Notes under the pieces: generated by a model | What the model was told of the DNA's origin: nothing | What the model saw: only the letters and a program-made list of their open reading frames with translations | The model's database searches: none | Position numbers and translations under genes: made by a program | In this document: positions 1 through 8,890 of the stretch, one piece after another | Layout: every line of letters begins with the position of its first letter | How positions within the stretch are numbered: the first letter of the stretch is position 1 | Source: a virus | Reading direction: 5' to 3' (one strand) | IMG/VR virus record: IMGVR_UViG_3300036820_000013 | Coordinates: 1-64,000 of that record | DNA length: 64,000 nucleotides

Positions 1-8
1 AATCAGTA

Positions 9-127
9 GTACAGTAACAAGTAGAATTACTGTACGAAATTATACGGACACAGAAGTGGCAGTGAACCTTCAAGGTTGTACACCGAAAGGTGTACTTCCT
101 TGTGGAGTCAGTCCACAATCAGGTTCG
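9..127 (+). other. Structured AT-rich leader (hairpin plus 3-way junction)
   Basis: GTACAGTAA/TTACTGTAC; GAACCT/AGGTTC enclosing GTACACC-GAAA-GGTGTAC and TGTGGA/TCCACA. Confidence 0.55.
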
Positions 128-144
128 AAGAGAAGGATGACACC

Positions 145-402
145 ATGAAGTCACAGTACAGTGCCGCAGCGATCATCAAGACGTTCGCGGACATCGAAGA
201 GGATGACATGCACTTCCTGAACAATGACGGAACGGTAGACAGGAAGGCCATGGCAGATATGGGCGTCTACCTAGTACGCCTGTCGATGGTCACGGAAGAG
301 GCAGTGCAGCAGGTGCTCGACATGATCGACGCGCCGAGCCTCGAGAAGGCGAACGACCAGGCGTTCGGCCTGATGAACGCCCTGATCAACAGGCAGTACT
401 AG
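145..402 (+). CDS. Hypothetical early protein
   Basis: ORF with GAAGGA SD before ATG 145. Confidence 0.75.
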   Translation: MKSQYSAAAIIKTFADIEEDDMHFLNNDGTVDRKAMADMGVYLVRLSMVTEEAVQQVLDMIDAPSLEKANDQAFGLMNALINRQY

Positions 403-442
403 AAGGGAATGACAATGTTCGCAGTGTAGCCGCTGACGTTCA

Positions 443-479
443 CGATGGTTGATCGATCGCCCAGTTCGGTCAACTGTCG
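443..479 (+). repeat. YGYCCAG-loop hairpin 1
   Basis: 14-bp stem with G-U pairs, loop TCGCCCAGT. Confidence 0.8.
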
Positions 480-517
480 CGGATGCCAAGATGGCATGCG
501 GGAAAGGAAAGTCAGTG

Positions 518-805
518 ATGGAAGAGATTGTACGACATAGCCAGAAGGAATCGCCTGAGTGCAGTTGGTGCGGTGATTTCGAACCGCTCGTAGACAGTGA
601 CACGCAGAAGTTGTTCCCGGTGATTGTGCTTCCGGGGACGGACGGCAAGTTCGGGCAACTGGAGTACTTCCACGAGCCGTGTCATAACACGCTCATGAGG
701 TGTAAGAGAGTCACGGATGCTATCAAAGCTACAGGGTGGACACAGGCTGAGTTCCTAACTCATGTAGATGAGCTAGCCGATGAGATCGAGGAGAACAGCC
801 AATGA
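518..805 (+). CDS. Hypothetical protein (CxxC...HxxC)
   Basis: ORF with GGAAAGGA SD. Confidence 0.65.
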   Translation: MEEIVRHSQKESPECSWCGDFEPLVDSDTQKLFPVIVLPGTDGKFGQLEYFHEPCHNTLMRCKRVTDAIKATGWTQAEFLTHVDELADEIEENSQ

Positions 806-842
806 CCCTCATGGCGAACGCCGACAGGAGGTCTTAGCAGAG

Positions 843-1058
843 ATGGACTCAACGCGGACGATCCTCAACGACGGCAAGGCCGTAACGTTCGTGGACGTAG
901 ACGAGAGCATGATCACTGCGATCGTGTCGATCAACGACTCTGGCGTTCAGTCTCTAGAGTACCAACTCAAGTGCCGTCAGTGCGGTGCAGGCAATTGGGT
1001 AGCGGTCGGTACAGACTCTGGCGAGTACCGCTGCATGAAGTGCATGGAGTGGTTGTGA
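843..1058 (+). CDS. Small Zn-ribbon protein
   Basis: AGGAGG SD; CRQC and CMKC. Confidence 0.65.
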   Translation: MDSTRTILNDGKAVTFVDVDESMITAIVSINDSGVQSLEYQLKCRQCGAGNWVAVGTDSGEYRCMKCMEWL

Positions 1059-1243
1059 TGAACACGCAGTGGGCGGAATACGTCCTGAAGCTCGATCATC
1101 GCGTCACGCGCATAGCGCACTGTCATGCGTGCGGATGGATCGACGGAGACCCGTATGCATTCATCGATCCGAACGGTCATCCGATGCGGATCTGCAAGAT
1201 CACCGAGTACGGGTTGCGTCAGGCAGCCGCGGAGTTCAACTAG
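1058..1243 (+). CDS. Hypothetical protein
   Basis: TGATG coupling to the upstream gene. Confidence 0.6.
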   Translation: MNTQWAEYVLKLDHRVTRIAHCHACGWIDGDPYAFIDPNGHPMRICKITEYGLRQAAAEFN

Positions 1244-1255
1244 TCTGCAGGGCCA

Positions 1256-1292
1256 CGATGGCTGATCGCACGCCCAGTTCGATCAACCGTCG
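1256..1292 (+). repeat. YGYCCAG-loop hairpin 2
   Basis: Near-copy of hairpin 1, loop CACGCCCAGTT. Confidence 0.8.
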
Positions 1293-1309
1293 CGGTCGCA
1301 CAGGTGCCT

Positions 1310-1360
1310 AAAGATCTGAAGGGAGGGGCTGGATTTCACAAGCGGCCCTGTTATATAATA
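1310..1360 (+). promoter_or_regulatory. Promoter P1
   Basis: AGATCT 1312, CTGGA 1329, TATAAT 1354. Confidence 0.85.
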
Positions 1361-1403
1361 AAAATAAATGCGACAAAAAGATCCCAAAAGGAAGGAACCG
1401 GTC

Positions 1404-1778
1404 ATGACCATCAAGTTGCAGGTCGAAGTTCCGGATGCAGCATTCGACTGCATCGACGGAACCGACAACTACGAACTGGTAATCGGGCACGTTGGGTTCG
1501 AGCCGGTCGATGTTCAGCTCCTCGGCGAGCCGGTCAAGCGGGAGTTCACCTACGAGGACCGCAAGCGAGTCAAGGACGTGCTTGACTGCATCCTCGACGA
1601 GATGGGTGACAGTTACACCCTGCAGGCAATGTTCAAGCCATACGCCGAGATCGTCCAGCAGGCGTTGACGGACCAGCGGATCACCGAGTCGCTGGCCGAT
1701 AGCGGATACGTGGAAGTACGCGATGAGAGCGAAGACGCTCAAGCGAAGCTGAACGCGCTGCGGGACTACAACGCCTGA
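1404..1778 (+). CDS. Hypothetical protein
   Basis: GGAAGGA SD, downstream of P1. Confidence 0.75.
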   Translation: MTIKLQVEVPDAAFDCIDGTDNYELVIGHVGFEPVDVQLLGEPVKREFTYEDRKRVKDVLDCILDEMGDSYTLQAMFKPYAEIVQQALTDQRITESLADSGYVEVRDESEDAQAKLNALRDYNA

Positions 1779-1872
1779 CCGATCACGGTTGCAGTCAATC
1801 GGAGGTTGACTGCTTCCGCGGACGATCAGTCCGTACGCCAGTAAGGTCTGGCAAGAGCGCCTAGGAGGCACC

Positions 1873-2181
1873 ATGAAAGACACTGCAGCAGAACTCAAGC
1901 CGGGCAAAGGCGCTCGCGTGCCGTTGACCGAGGGCGTCCTTGAGATGCTCGATAGGGCGGTCAAGGACATCCGCGATGTATGGGAGGCCGCCAGCACGCC
2001 TGAAGAGTTCTTCGAGAACCTGGCGGACGAGTGGGGCACGGGCGCGTCGAACGAGAAGTTCGGCAAGCGCACCTGGGCCGCCTTCGATGTCCGCGGCGAG
2101 GAATTTCGCGTCGCGGTCATACTGACCACCAAGAACGGCCAGCCCGCGCTCGGGCTCGACATTCGGACTTGGTGGTCATAG
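1873..2181 (+). CDS. Hypothetical protein, possible PC4-like ssDNA-binding tail
   Basis: AGGAGG SD; C-terminal LDIRTWW resembles PC4-fold DIR-W. Confidence 0.6.
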   Translation: MKDTAAELKPGKGARVPLTEGVLEMLDRAVKDIRDVWEAASTPEEFFENLADEWGTGASNEKFGKRTWAAFDVRGEEFRVAVILTTKNGQPALGLDIRTWWS

Positions 2182-2242
2182 CACCTCCAGTGCGAATCGT
2201 ACAGGTGAGCGATCACCTGTGCGGTTCGGAAAGGAGCGTCCA

Positions 2243-2497
2243 ATGAACGACAGCGAACGCAAGCACATCATCAAGATGTGCTGGCTGACAATCGTTTCGA
2301 CCGAGCCACGTTGCACGATCGACGATGGTAAGCACAATCCGAGCTGGCTGCACGAAGGCGACCAGTACTGGTACTACGACTTCCAGGACAGTGCACTGAT
2401 CTTGGAGGGCCTGGTGGTTCCGCTCACGACGAGATGGATCCTCTGTCCCAAGCACACCTATCTGGCGCAGGAAACAGCGGCCACAGAAGACCGCTAA
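2243..2497 (+). CDS. Hypothetical protein
   Basis: AAGGAG SD. Confidence 0.7.
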   Translation: MNDSERKHIIKMCWLTIVSTEPRCTIDDGKHNPSWLHEGDQYWYYDFQDSALILEGLVVPLTTRWILCPKHTYLAQETAATEDR

Positions 2498-2550
2498 AAG
2501 ATCTTGGTTCGCGGGCTGGTTTTTCCCAGCGGACCTGGATTATAATTAAG
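2496..2550 (+). promoter_or_regulatory. Promoter P2, followed by an A13 tract
   Basis: AGATCT 2499, CTGGT 2516, TATAAT 2541. Confidence 0.85.
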
Positions 2551-2599
2551 TATAACAAAAAAAAAAAAACCACCAAGTCCACAAAGGAAAGGCAAGACA

Positions 2600-3130
2600 A
2601 TGACCGCACGTACCCGGACCAGAAGGTCGACCAATCAGAGTCAGGAGACCGAAATGAACGAGCAGCAGACCGAGCTCGAGACCGTCCTCACCGAGGCGAT
2701 TGAGCAGCAGACCGAGCCGACCGAGGCCGAGCCGGCCAAGGCCGAGCCCAACTTCGTCATGACGCCGTACCAGGCAACCAAGCGGGTCAACGAGGCCCTG
2801 CAGGAGGCCGGGATCGACAAGACCGTTAGGTCGCCGATGATCTACATCTACGCCGGCAAGGGGGCCTTCGAGACGCACGAGACCGTCAAGGTGACCAAGA
2901 AGGGCACCGAGCAGGTCGTCAAGGAGATCGATGAGGAGTCGTTCCTCGCGTGGATGGCGAATTACGTCAAGGGTGCGGCCGAGCGGGCAACCGCCAAGGT
3001 CGAGCAGGTCGATGTCGCCGAGGGCGAAGAGGCCAGCGGCGTTACGACCGACGAGACCGCCAGCGACGAGTTCGTCGGGGTCGACGTCGAGGCACGTCAG
3101 GCCGAGATCGAGGCCTCCGAGGCTGAGTAA
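2600..3130 (+). CDS. Acidic-tailed protein, paralog of 12670..13191
   Basis: TP..L..IY..W core, acidic ends, ends in EAE. Confidence 0.8.
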   Translation: MTARTRTRRSTNQSQETEMNEQQTELETVLTEAIEQQTEPTEAEPAKAEPNFVMTPYQATKRVNEALQEAGIDKTVRSPMIYIYAGKGAFETHETVKVTKKGTEQVVKEIDEESFLAWMANYVKGAAERATAKVEQVDVAEGEEASGVTTDETASDEFVGVDVEARQAEIEASEAE

Positions 3131-3141
3131 GTGACGACGGT

Positions 3142-3172
3142 CTGACAGCGAGCCGTCCAGCCTCGCTGTCAG
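3142..3172 (+). repeat. YGYCCAG-loop hairpin 3
   Basis: Perfect 11-bp stem, loop CCGTCCAGC. Confidence 0.8.
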
Positions 3173-3202
3173 GCCGCCGACACTTAGTCGGAAGGAGGGA
3201 AC

Positions 3203-4369
3203 ATGACAGCAGACAACCTAGACCTAGCCGAGCCGATGGCGCAGATCGAGACCGCTTTTGCAAGGAAGCCAGATAGGCGCAGCCAGCTAGACAGGGAGCT
3301 AACGAATGCGCGCAAGTACGTATTCGCGAGATACGCTCCAGCGCTAACGTTCAGCGAGCAAGTAACGCTGACGCTAGCAGCGGCAGGCACGCACGTGGTA
3401 GACACCGAAGACAAGAACTGCTTCGGTATCTATCCGCGCGTAGGCATCCTGAGCGACGAGCCGGGAAGCGGCAAGTCAACGATCCTGACACTGCTGTGCC
3501 ACTTGTCATACCGAGGCGAGAAGCTCTACACCAGGAGCACGACAGCCCCAGGCATGCTAAGGGCGCTGCAGGAGGATCGCAGGGTACTATGCCTGGACCA
3601 ACTCGAATACATCCTGAGCCATTCAGGACGCAGCTTCCTAGACCGGATCGACATCATCGAATCGGGCTACGAGCGGCAAGGCTGTTCGAGGAACGCTTCA
3701 GGCAGGCACGAGACATTCGCGCCTGTGTTCTTCGCTTGCCTCCAAGCAATGTTTAGGGGCAATCCGAACCTGGAAGCGATGCGCTCACGCACCATTCAGA
3801 TTCACACCGATCCCCTGCCAGATGGGATGCTTGCAGAAGAAGACCTGTACAGCGACCTGTCGGACGCACGAGCGATCAAGATGTTCGGAGAGCGATTGCA
3901 TATCGCGATCACGAACGCGCGAGAGGCGATCCTCACTAGCGAGCTCAGGCCGGTTGCAGGTCTGAAGCTGCGCATGAGCGAGAAGTGGGGACCACTGCGG
4001 CAAGTGGCGGCAGCGGCTGGAGGGCAATGGCCCGAATGGGTCGATGCCGCAGCCCGTGAGGTCTCGCTAGGGACGGAGACAGAGACGACCGCAGGAGGCC
4101 TCGGACTGTTCGAGGAGGACGCGATCGCATCCATCCGAGAGTTCCTAGAAGAGTCGGCCACCGACAACCTGGGGAGGCCGGAGCTCCTACGCCGCATAGG
4201 CGAGCGGACGCCCGCTTGGTATACGCCGAGGCAGGGAGCCGATTACCTAAACGGCATCATGGAGAACTACGGCATGCCGGAAGCGACTTCGGTGCATATC
4301 GCGAGCCTCGATCAAGCACGCCCAGGATGGAAGCACTCAGACCTCGAAGCAGTGTTCAGTGAGAACTAG
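3203..4369 (+). CDS. P-loop NTPase, DUF3631-type replication/helicase-like protein
   Basis: Walker A PGSGKS, Walker B LCLDQ, SGYER, RSRTI arginine finger. Confidence 0.7.
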   Translation: MTADNLDLAEPMAQIETAFARKPDRRSQLDRELTNARKYVFARYAPALTFSEQVTLTLAAAGTHVVDTEDKNCFGIYPRVGILSDEPGSGKSTILTLLCHLSYRGEKLYTRSTTAPGMLRALQEDRRVLCLDQLEYILSHSGRSFLDRIDIIESGYERQGCSRNASGRHETFAPVFFACLQAMFRGNPNLEAMRSRTIQIHTDPLPDGMLAEEDLYSDLSDARAIKMFGERLHIAITNAREAILTSELRPVAGLKLRMSEKWGPLRQVAAAAGGQWPEWVDAAAREVSLGTETETTAGGLGLFEEDAIASIREFLEESATDNLGRPELLRRIGERTPAWYTPRQGADYLNGIMENYGMPEATSVHIASLDQARPGWKHSDLEAVFSEN

Positions 4370-4492
4370 ATTCTCGCGGGACACTCTCGCTCTCGCCGGA
4401 TCGCTTTCCAAAACAAATCAAGCAGGGAGGCGCGAGGTGAGTACGTACCTATTCTACAGCCCCTTCTCTAGAGCGTACAAGATCGAAAGGAG

Positions 4493-4816
4493 GTGAGAAA
4501 AGTGGGACTGCTACGCATGATGATCTACAATAGCGCACGACAGCGCCGCGCTAACTGGTCAGGAAGGCCGATCGCAGCTCAGGAGCGTGATCGGAAGCGG
4601 AAAGCAGCTGAGCGGACGCTGTCAGCTGCAGACAGTCGTCGACTGCACAACGTCATGCGTGCAGAGGGACGGATCAGGAAGCCGGACTACTACTACGGCA
4701 TGAACGAGTACGACGGTTGGCGGTGCCCGCACCAGCATCGGCACAAGATGCGAGCGCGGGTCTGCATCAGTCGCGAACGGCGCCTACGCAGGCGCGAGGC
4801 CAGAGTGAGTGCATGA
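4493..4816 (+). CDS. Arg-rich hypothetical protein
   Basis: ORF with CPHQH motif; start uncertain. Confidence 0.6.
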   Translation: MRKVGLLRMMIYNSARQRRANWSGRPIAAQERDRKRKAAERTLSAADSRRLHNVMRAEGRIRKPDYYYGMNEYDGWRCPHQHRHKMRARVCISRERRLRRREARVSA

Positions 4817-4821
4817 CAGTC

Positions 4822-4848
4822 GGGTAGCGGACGCCCAGCCCGCTACCC
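4822..4848 (+). repeat. YGYCCAG-loop hairpin 4
   Basis: GGGTAGCGG/CCGCTACCC, loop ACGCCCAGC. Confidence 0.8.
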
Positions 4849-4880
4849 AGGCTGCCGACACTCAGTCGGAAGGAGGAGTA

Positions 4881-5204
4881 ATGAACGGCAAATACTACTC
4901 ACAGGTCCTACGAGGACAGTTGTCGGAAGACGACAACATGGCAGTTGTGCTGACAGTCAAGGACTGGCAGGCGATCGCCGAGAACCTGCACGAGGACGCC
5001 GATGCAGAGGGCTACGGCCCCGCGCAGAGCTACTTCATCGAGCGCGGGGAAGTCACCAGTATGGCCGACGTGCCCATTCTGGACTACCAGAACGCGTATG
5101 ACAAGGACGCTCAGGACTGCGCCGCGCATAGCTGTGCAGCCGCGACCGATCGCTGCGCCGACGTGATCGATGAGACCTTGAAGCAGAATGGCTGGTCAGG
5201 CTAG
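4881..5204 (+). CDS. Acidic hypothetical protein
   Basis: AGGAGG SD. Confidence 0.75.
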   Translation: MNGKYYSQVLRGQLSEDDNMAVVLTVKDWQAIAENLHEDADAEGYGPAQSYFIERGEVTSMADVPILDYQNAYDKDAQDCAAHSCAAATDRCADVIDETLKQNGWSG

Positions 5205-5205
5205 C

Positions 5206-5607
5206 ATGGCCCGCGTAATCGTGCTCTCGTTCGAAGATAACGAGTCCGCAGAGATGTTCGCGAAGGCGTTGCTTCGGGAAGGGCCTACGGCCGGTAGGCC
5301 GTTCGTGCCGCCTAGTGCGAAGATCGAAGCAATGATCGCGCGCCCAACGGCCGGATGCAGGGGACCGCACAGGATCCCAGGCAAGATCAAGTCCGAGCAT
5401 GGCTTCAGTCGAACCAAGCGGTTTGGTTGGTTCGTCTGCGGCCAGTGTAAAAAGCCAGCGCAAGCGGTCGTAGACCGTTTCATCGAGAACATGTTGGGCG
5501 GGTCGAACGACCTGCTGCCAGAAGTACTTGGCAGCGAGCCTAAGCAGCCTCGATGGCTAGCAGGCAAGGCACTCGTCGAAGTGCAGACACAACTAGGAAG
5601 AAGGTAG
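5206..5607 (+). CDS. Hypothetical protein (CGQC)
   Basis: ORF abutting the upstream gene. Confidence 0.7.
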   Translation: MARVIVLSFEDNESAEMFAKALLREGPTAGRPFVPPSAKIEAMIARPTAGCRGPHRIPGKIKSEHGFSRTKRFGWFVCGQCKKPAQAVVDRFIENMLGGSNDLLPEVLGSEPKQPRWLAGKALVEVQTQLGRR

Positions 5608-5612
5608 CCAAT

Positions 5613-6065
5613 ATGGATGCTGACGAGAAGCGTGAGCTCCTGAGCTTCGCGGAATATGAAGTTCACGACTTCATCGCGGAGCACAACGATCGCGTCGACA
5701 AGTGGGACTCCGACGCTGAGTATCGCGAGCAGGCGCGGGCCATAGGCCTCAAGCGCGGCGAGAAGTGGGATCCCAAGGCGGAGGTGTACCCCCAGAAGCC
5801 GAGCTACACGTTCCAAGAGTTCGCAGGGCCAGTCTTCGAGCTCGGCGGCTACGGTGACATGACGCTCATCGATCCATACTCGCAGCGACGTCTCTGGGTC
5901 AGCCAGTCAACCATCGGCGACCTCAGCGCGTACGACGCCATGATCCTAGTCCTGAAGATCGCGCAGGCGATCGACTTTCTAGACGACCGAGAGGAGGAAG
6001 ACCATGGCGCGGCAGACACAAGTTCAACGTCCGCAGCCGAAGCCCCAGCCGACAACTCCGACTGA
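5613..6065 (+). CDS. Hypothetical protein
   Basis: ORF with SD. Confidence 0.7.
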   Translation: MDADEKRELLSFAEYEVHDFIAEHNDRVDKWDSDAEYREQARAIGLKRGEKWDPKAEVYPQKPSYTFQEFAGPVFELGGYGDMTLIDPYSQRRLWVSQSTIGDLSAYDAMILVLKIAQAIDFLDDREEEDHGAADTSSTSAAEAPADNSD

Positions 6066-6124
6066 CGCCCCGACTACCAACAAGCGCATAGCAAGGCTCT
6101 GGTTCGGCCAGTAGCGCCGGCAGA

Positions 6125-6159
6125 CAATGCGTGATCGATGCCCAGTCGATCGCGCGTTG
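6125..6159 (+). repeat. YGYCCAG-loop hairpin 5
   Basis: 14-bp stem with G-U pairs, loop TGCCCAG. Confidence 0.8.
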
Positions 6160-6197
6160 CGTGCTTACGTTAGCACGGCCCAGAAAGGAATAAGGCA

Positions 6198-6716
6198 ATG
6201 ACACAGACGCCAATCCAGCAGTACCCAAGCGTCACGCCTCCGCCGGCCGGCAAGAAGCGCCGTTGGCCGAAGTTTGTCGCGATCGGTGCTACCGCTCTCG
6301 TCGCAGGCGCGATCGGAGCGTCGATCGGTACCGCAAGCAACAAAACGCCGACGGTCAGCCCAAAGGCGACAGTTAGTGCTCCGGCCAAGGTAGCGCCCGC
6401 CAAGCCTGCGGCGTTCAAGCCAGTTACCTTGCTGGAGGACACCGGCACCGGGACCGAAGTCACTCCATCATTCGTCAGCCAGAGCGGCGACTACAAGGTG
6501 GTCTGGATCTTCTCGGACAACAGCGACCAGTACGGCAACGCTTCCAACTTCATCATGACTGAGGACGGTGGCAGCGACCTCAACGCTATGACGCTGCCTA
6601 ACGACATCCAGTCCGCTGGAACCGGTAGCACCGAGATCACTGACGATCCCGGCACGCACACGTTCGACGTGCAGGCTCTGGGCACCTGGCAGGTAGTGGT
6701 AGTGTCAGCACCGTAG
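6198..6716 (+). CDS. Membrane-anchored exported protein
   Basis: KKRR, then TM helix, P/A linker and beta-rich domain. Confidence 0.75.
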   Translation: MTQTPIQQYPSVTPPPAGKKRRWPKFVAIGATALVAGAIGASIGTASNKTPTVSPKATVSAPAKVAPAKPAAFKPVTLLEDTGTGTEVTPSFVSQSGDYKVVWIFSDNSDQYGNASNFIMTEDGGSDLNAMTLPNDIQSAGTGSTEITDDPGTHTFDVQALGTWQVVVVSAP

Positions 6717-6780
6717 CGCCGGTAGGCCTTAGGCGATCAGCACTGATCGCCTTTGGCGTGCTTACGCACGAAGGAATCTA

Positions 6781-6835
6781 AAAGATCTGGGAGGTGACTC
6801 TTGGCTTTCCCACTCGCCCTGATATATAATTAATT
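6781..6835 (+). promoter_or_regulatory. Promoter P3
   Basis: AGATCT 6783, CTTGGC 6800, TATAAT 6825. Confidence 0.85.
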
Positions 6836-6944
6836 AATGGAGGAGAGCAGCTATGGACGTTGAAACCCAGGCCGGAGATTGGTCCCCCCACCGCTCCGGC
6901 CTGGTTTTGAGCGCCCAAGCTCAAGCAAAGAAACGGAGCACACA

Positions 6945-7214
6945 ATGACTGCAACAGACAGGCCCAGCACCCATCTCGGCAACGGAATGGGTAGGACCAT
7001 GCGAGCGGCGGCATGGTCGTTCGACTTCGCCTTGCCCCTGATGGCGATCAAGCTGTACCAGCTCATTCCGAGCAGCACCCGCGGGCGGCTGTTCGGCGGA
7101 CCGAGCGCGTCGGTCGACGCCGCGCGGCAGATCAAGCTGCAGGGCGGAGGGGCTTGGCAGCTCATCCGCAGCATCGCGATCAGCAACCACCCCGACCGGC
7201 CGAGCATGCCATGA
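6945..7214 (+). CDS. Hypothetical protein, distant paralog of 22329 and 23198
   Basis: LPLxxIxLY..IP...R...GG.W pattern. Confidence 0.6.
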   Translation: MTATDRPSTHLGNGMGRTMRAAAWSFDFALPLMAIKLYQLIPSSTRGRLFGGPSASVDAARQIKLQGGGAWQLIRSIAISNHPDRPSMP

Positions 7215-7609
7215 GCCACGACTATCATGAGGGGTTGCCGAACTTCAGCCCTCATCAGCTATTCCATGATGGCTGCGATGAATGTGAGCAGCGCGCTAGC
7301 CATCAGTACGCCTTCGCCAAGGTCGACTTGAAGGCTGCTTGGCTACGAGCGTACCGTTGGGAGAAGCGCCAGCTGAGCGAAGCTGAGCAGCCAATCAGTA
7401 TAGCGGAGGCTCCGCACCTGCGCATGATTTGGACCATTCAGGTCCTGCTCGAGCGCGACGGCGTGCCGCTCGGAGTGTATCCAGGCGACCTCGCGACGAT
7501 CATTCGGCGTGAGCTTTCGCCAGGTGCGCTGATGCAAGCCGCAGCTGCGCCTCTCGACGCACTACTAGCAGACGCCATCAAGCTCCTAGCAGACCCCACC
7601 GAGCCCTAA
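7211..7609 (+). CDS. Hypothetical protein
   Basis: ATGA overlap; HDGCDEC. Confidence 0.7.
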   Translation: MSHDYHEGLPNFSPHQLFHDGCDECEQRASHQYAFAKVDLKAAWLRAYRWEKRQLSEAEQPISIAEAPHLRMIWTIQVLLERDGVPLGVYPGDLATIIRRELSPGALMQAAAAPLDALLADAIKLLADPTEP

Positions 7610-7627
7610 CGAGAAAGGGACTAGTCA

Positions 7628-8020
7628 ATGGTTAGCGAGACCAGAGTAGCGAACAAGGCGTTCATCGGACACCGCAAGGCGTTCAACAACCTGCGGAGCG
7701 CGGACCAGCGCAGCATCGTCGCCGCCTATCGGTACGGGCAGATCGTCGATGCCCTTCACTCCAGTGGCTACTCGTACGAGGACTTGGGCGAGGACGTCGA
7801 TCGCTCGAAGTACACCGTCGCCCTGTACGCAGCACTGTACAACAAGTACCCAGACGAGCATGCTCTGCTCCACACCGCCGAGGCCATGCGGACCTACAAC
7901 GTAGCGACCCTGGCTGGCAGGAATCCAGCTCGTCCGATCGAGTACGTGTTCCACTGCTCGAGCTGCGGCAGCTTCGATATCGTGAAAGAGCGCAAGGAAG
8001 ACGAGCCCGTCTACTCTTAG
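7628..8020 (+). CDS. HTH plus Zn-ribbon protein
   Basis: GYSYEDLGEDVDRSKYTV HTH-like; CSSC. Confidence 0.6.
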   Translation: MVSETRVANKAFIGHRKAFNNLRSADQRSIVAAYRYGQIVDALHSSGYSYEDLGEDVDRSKYTVALYAALYNKYPDEHALLHTAEAMRTYNVATLAGRNPARPIEYVFHCSSCGSFDIVKERKEDEPVYS

Positions 8021-8095
8021 GGACGCAACCGCAACATCCCTGCGATGTCGATAATCAAAGCTTACCAAATAGCCAACTAGGAAGGAGCCACAGCT

Positions 8096-8320
8096 ATGGA
8101 TGCTATGAAAGCGGCCTTCGTTGGAGCCGTCAAGCGGCATGTACGCTGGATGGCAGATGACAGCCACACGCAGGACTGCATCATGAATGCATCGGGAGCC
8201 GATGAGGCGCTGGCCTTCGAGTATCAGGAGGGTGCTCCATTGACCTGCCGAATCCGCATCACCCAGGGCCCTCACAAAGGTCCGCGCTACTTCGAGGTGA
8301 TCGTGAAGGAGGTCTTCTGA
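8096..8320 (+). CDS. Hypothetical protein
   Basis: AAGGAG SD. Confidence 0.7.
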   Translation: MDAMKAAFVGAVKRHVRWMADDSHTQDCIMNASGADEALAFEYQEGAPLTCRIRITQGPHKGPRYFEVIVKEVF

Positions 8321-8799
8321 TGGACAACCGCCGGCGCGCGATCAACTACGTTCGACAGAATTATCCGATTGTGAAGCGGAAAGAGCCGGCAGCCACGATT
8401 GTTGATCGTGCGATGGACCCTGAACAGCCTGGCAGCCTCGCACAGCTACTGACCGGCCCTCAGCGCAAGCGCATCCAGAGGCATCGCGGCGGCGAGGGCG
8501 TTCACAGACAGCGGCAACGTGCCGCTAGCAAGTCCCGCGTCAGTCGGCGACTTGCTCACTACGCGGCCCTCTTTGGGCCGAAGGAGGTACAAGGTGTACA
8601 AGGGAGCGAGCAACTCACAGGGCCCGGCGCTGTCGAAGGTCGGCTGGGAGCAGCAGCTACTGAGGCAGTCTCAGACGGACACCTGGAAGCTGCAGGGTCT
8701 GACCTAGCTCGGCCATGTGAAAAGTGTGGCGCGCTCGCAGGCGAGCGGTGCAAGACCGCTTCAGGAAAGCCTGCAGCCAAGTCGCACAGCAATCGTTAG
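8320..8799 (+). CDS. Basic protein with C-terminal Zn finger
   Basis: CEKCGALAGERC...H. Confidence 0.7.
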   Translation: MDNRRRAINYVRQNYPIVKRKEPAATIVDRAMDPEQPGSLAQLLTGPQRKRIQRHRGGEGVHRQRQRAASKSRVSRRLAHYAALFGPKEVQGVQGSEQLTGPGAVEGRLGAAATEAVSDGHLEAAGSDLARPCEKCGALAGERCKTASGKPAAKSHSNR

Positions 8800-8890
8800 C
8801 AAAGCAGCCCAATTAACCTAGAGGGGACACCTACTTAGTGTGTCCCCTAAAAGGAGCGCTACGGCGCTCACTCACGATTGAAAGGGAACC

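Noticed and set aside
409-429. Six-codon leader ORF MTMFAV before hairpin 1
   Set aside because: Has an SD but is too short to support, and has no equivalent at the other hairpins
1308-2243. Long antisense ORFs (also 27048..28025, 56847..57587 and others)
   Set aside because: Mirror frames of GC-rich or repetitive genes on the other strand, with no SD or motifs
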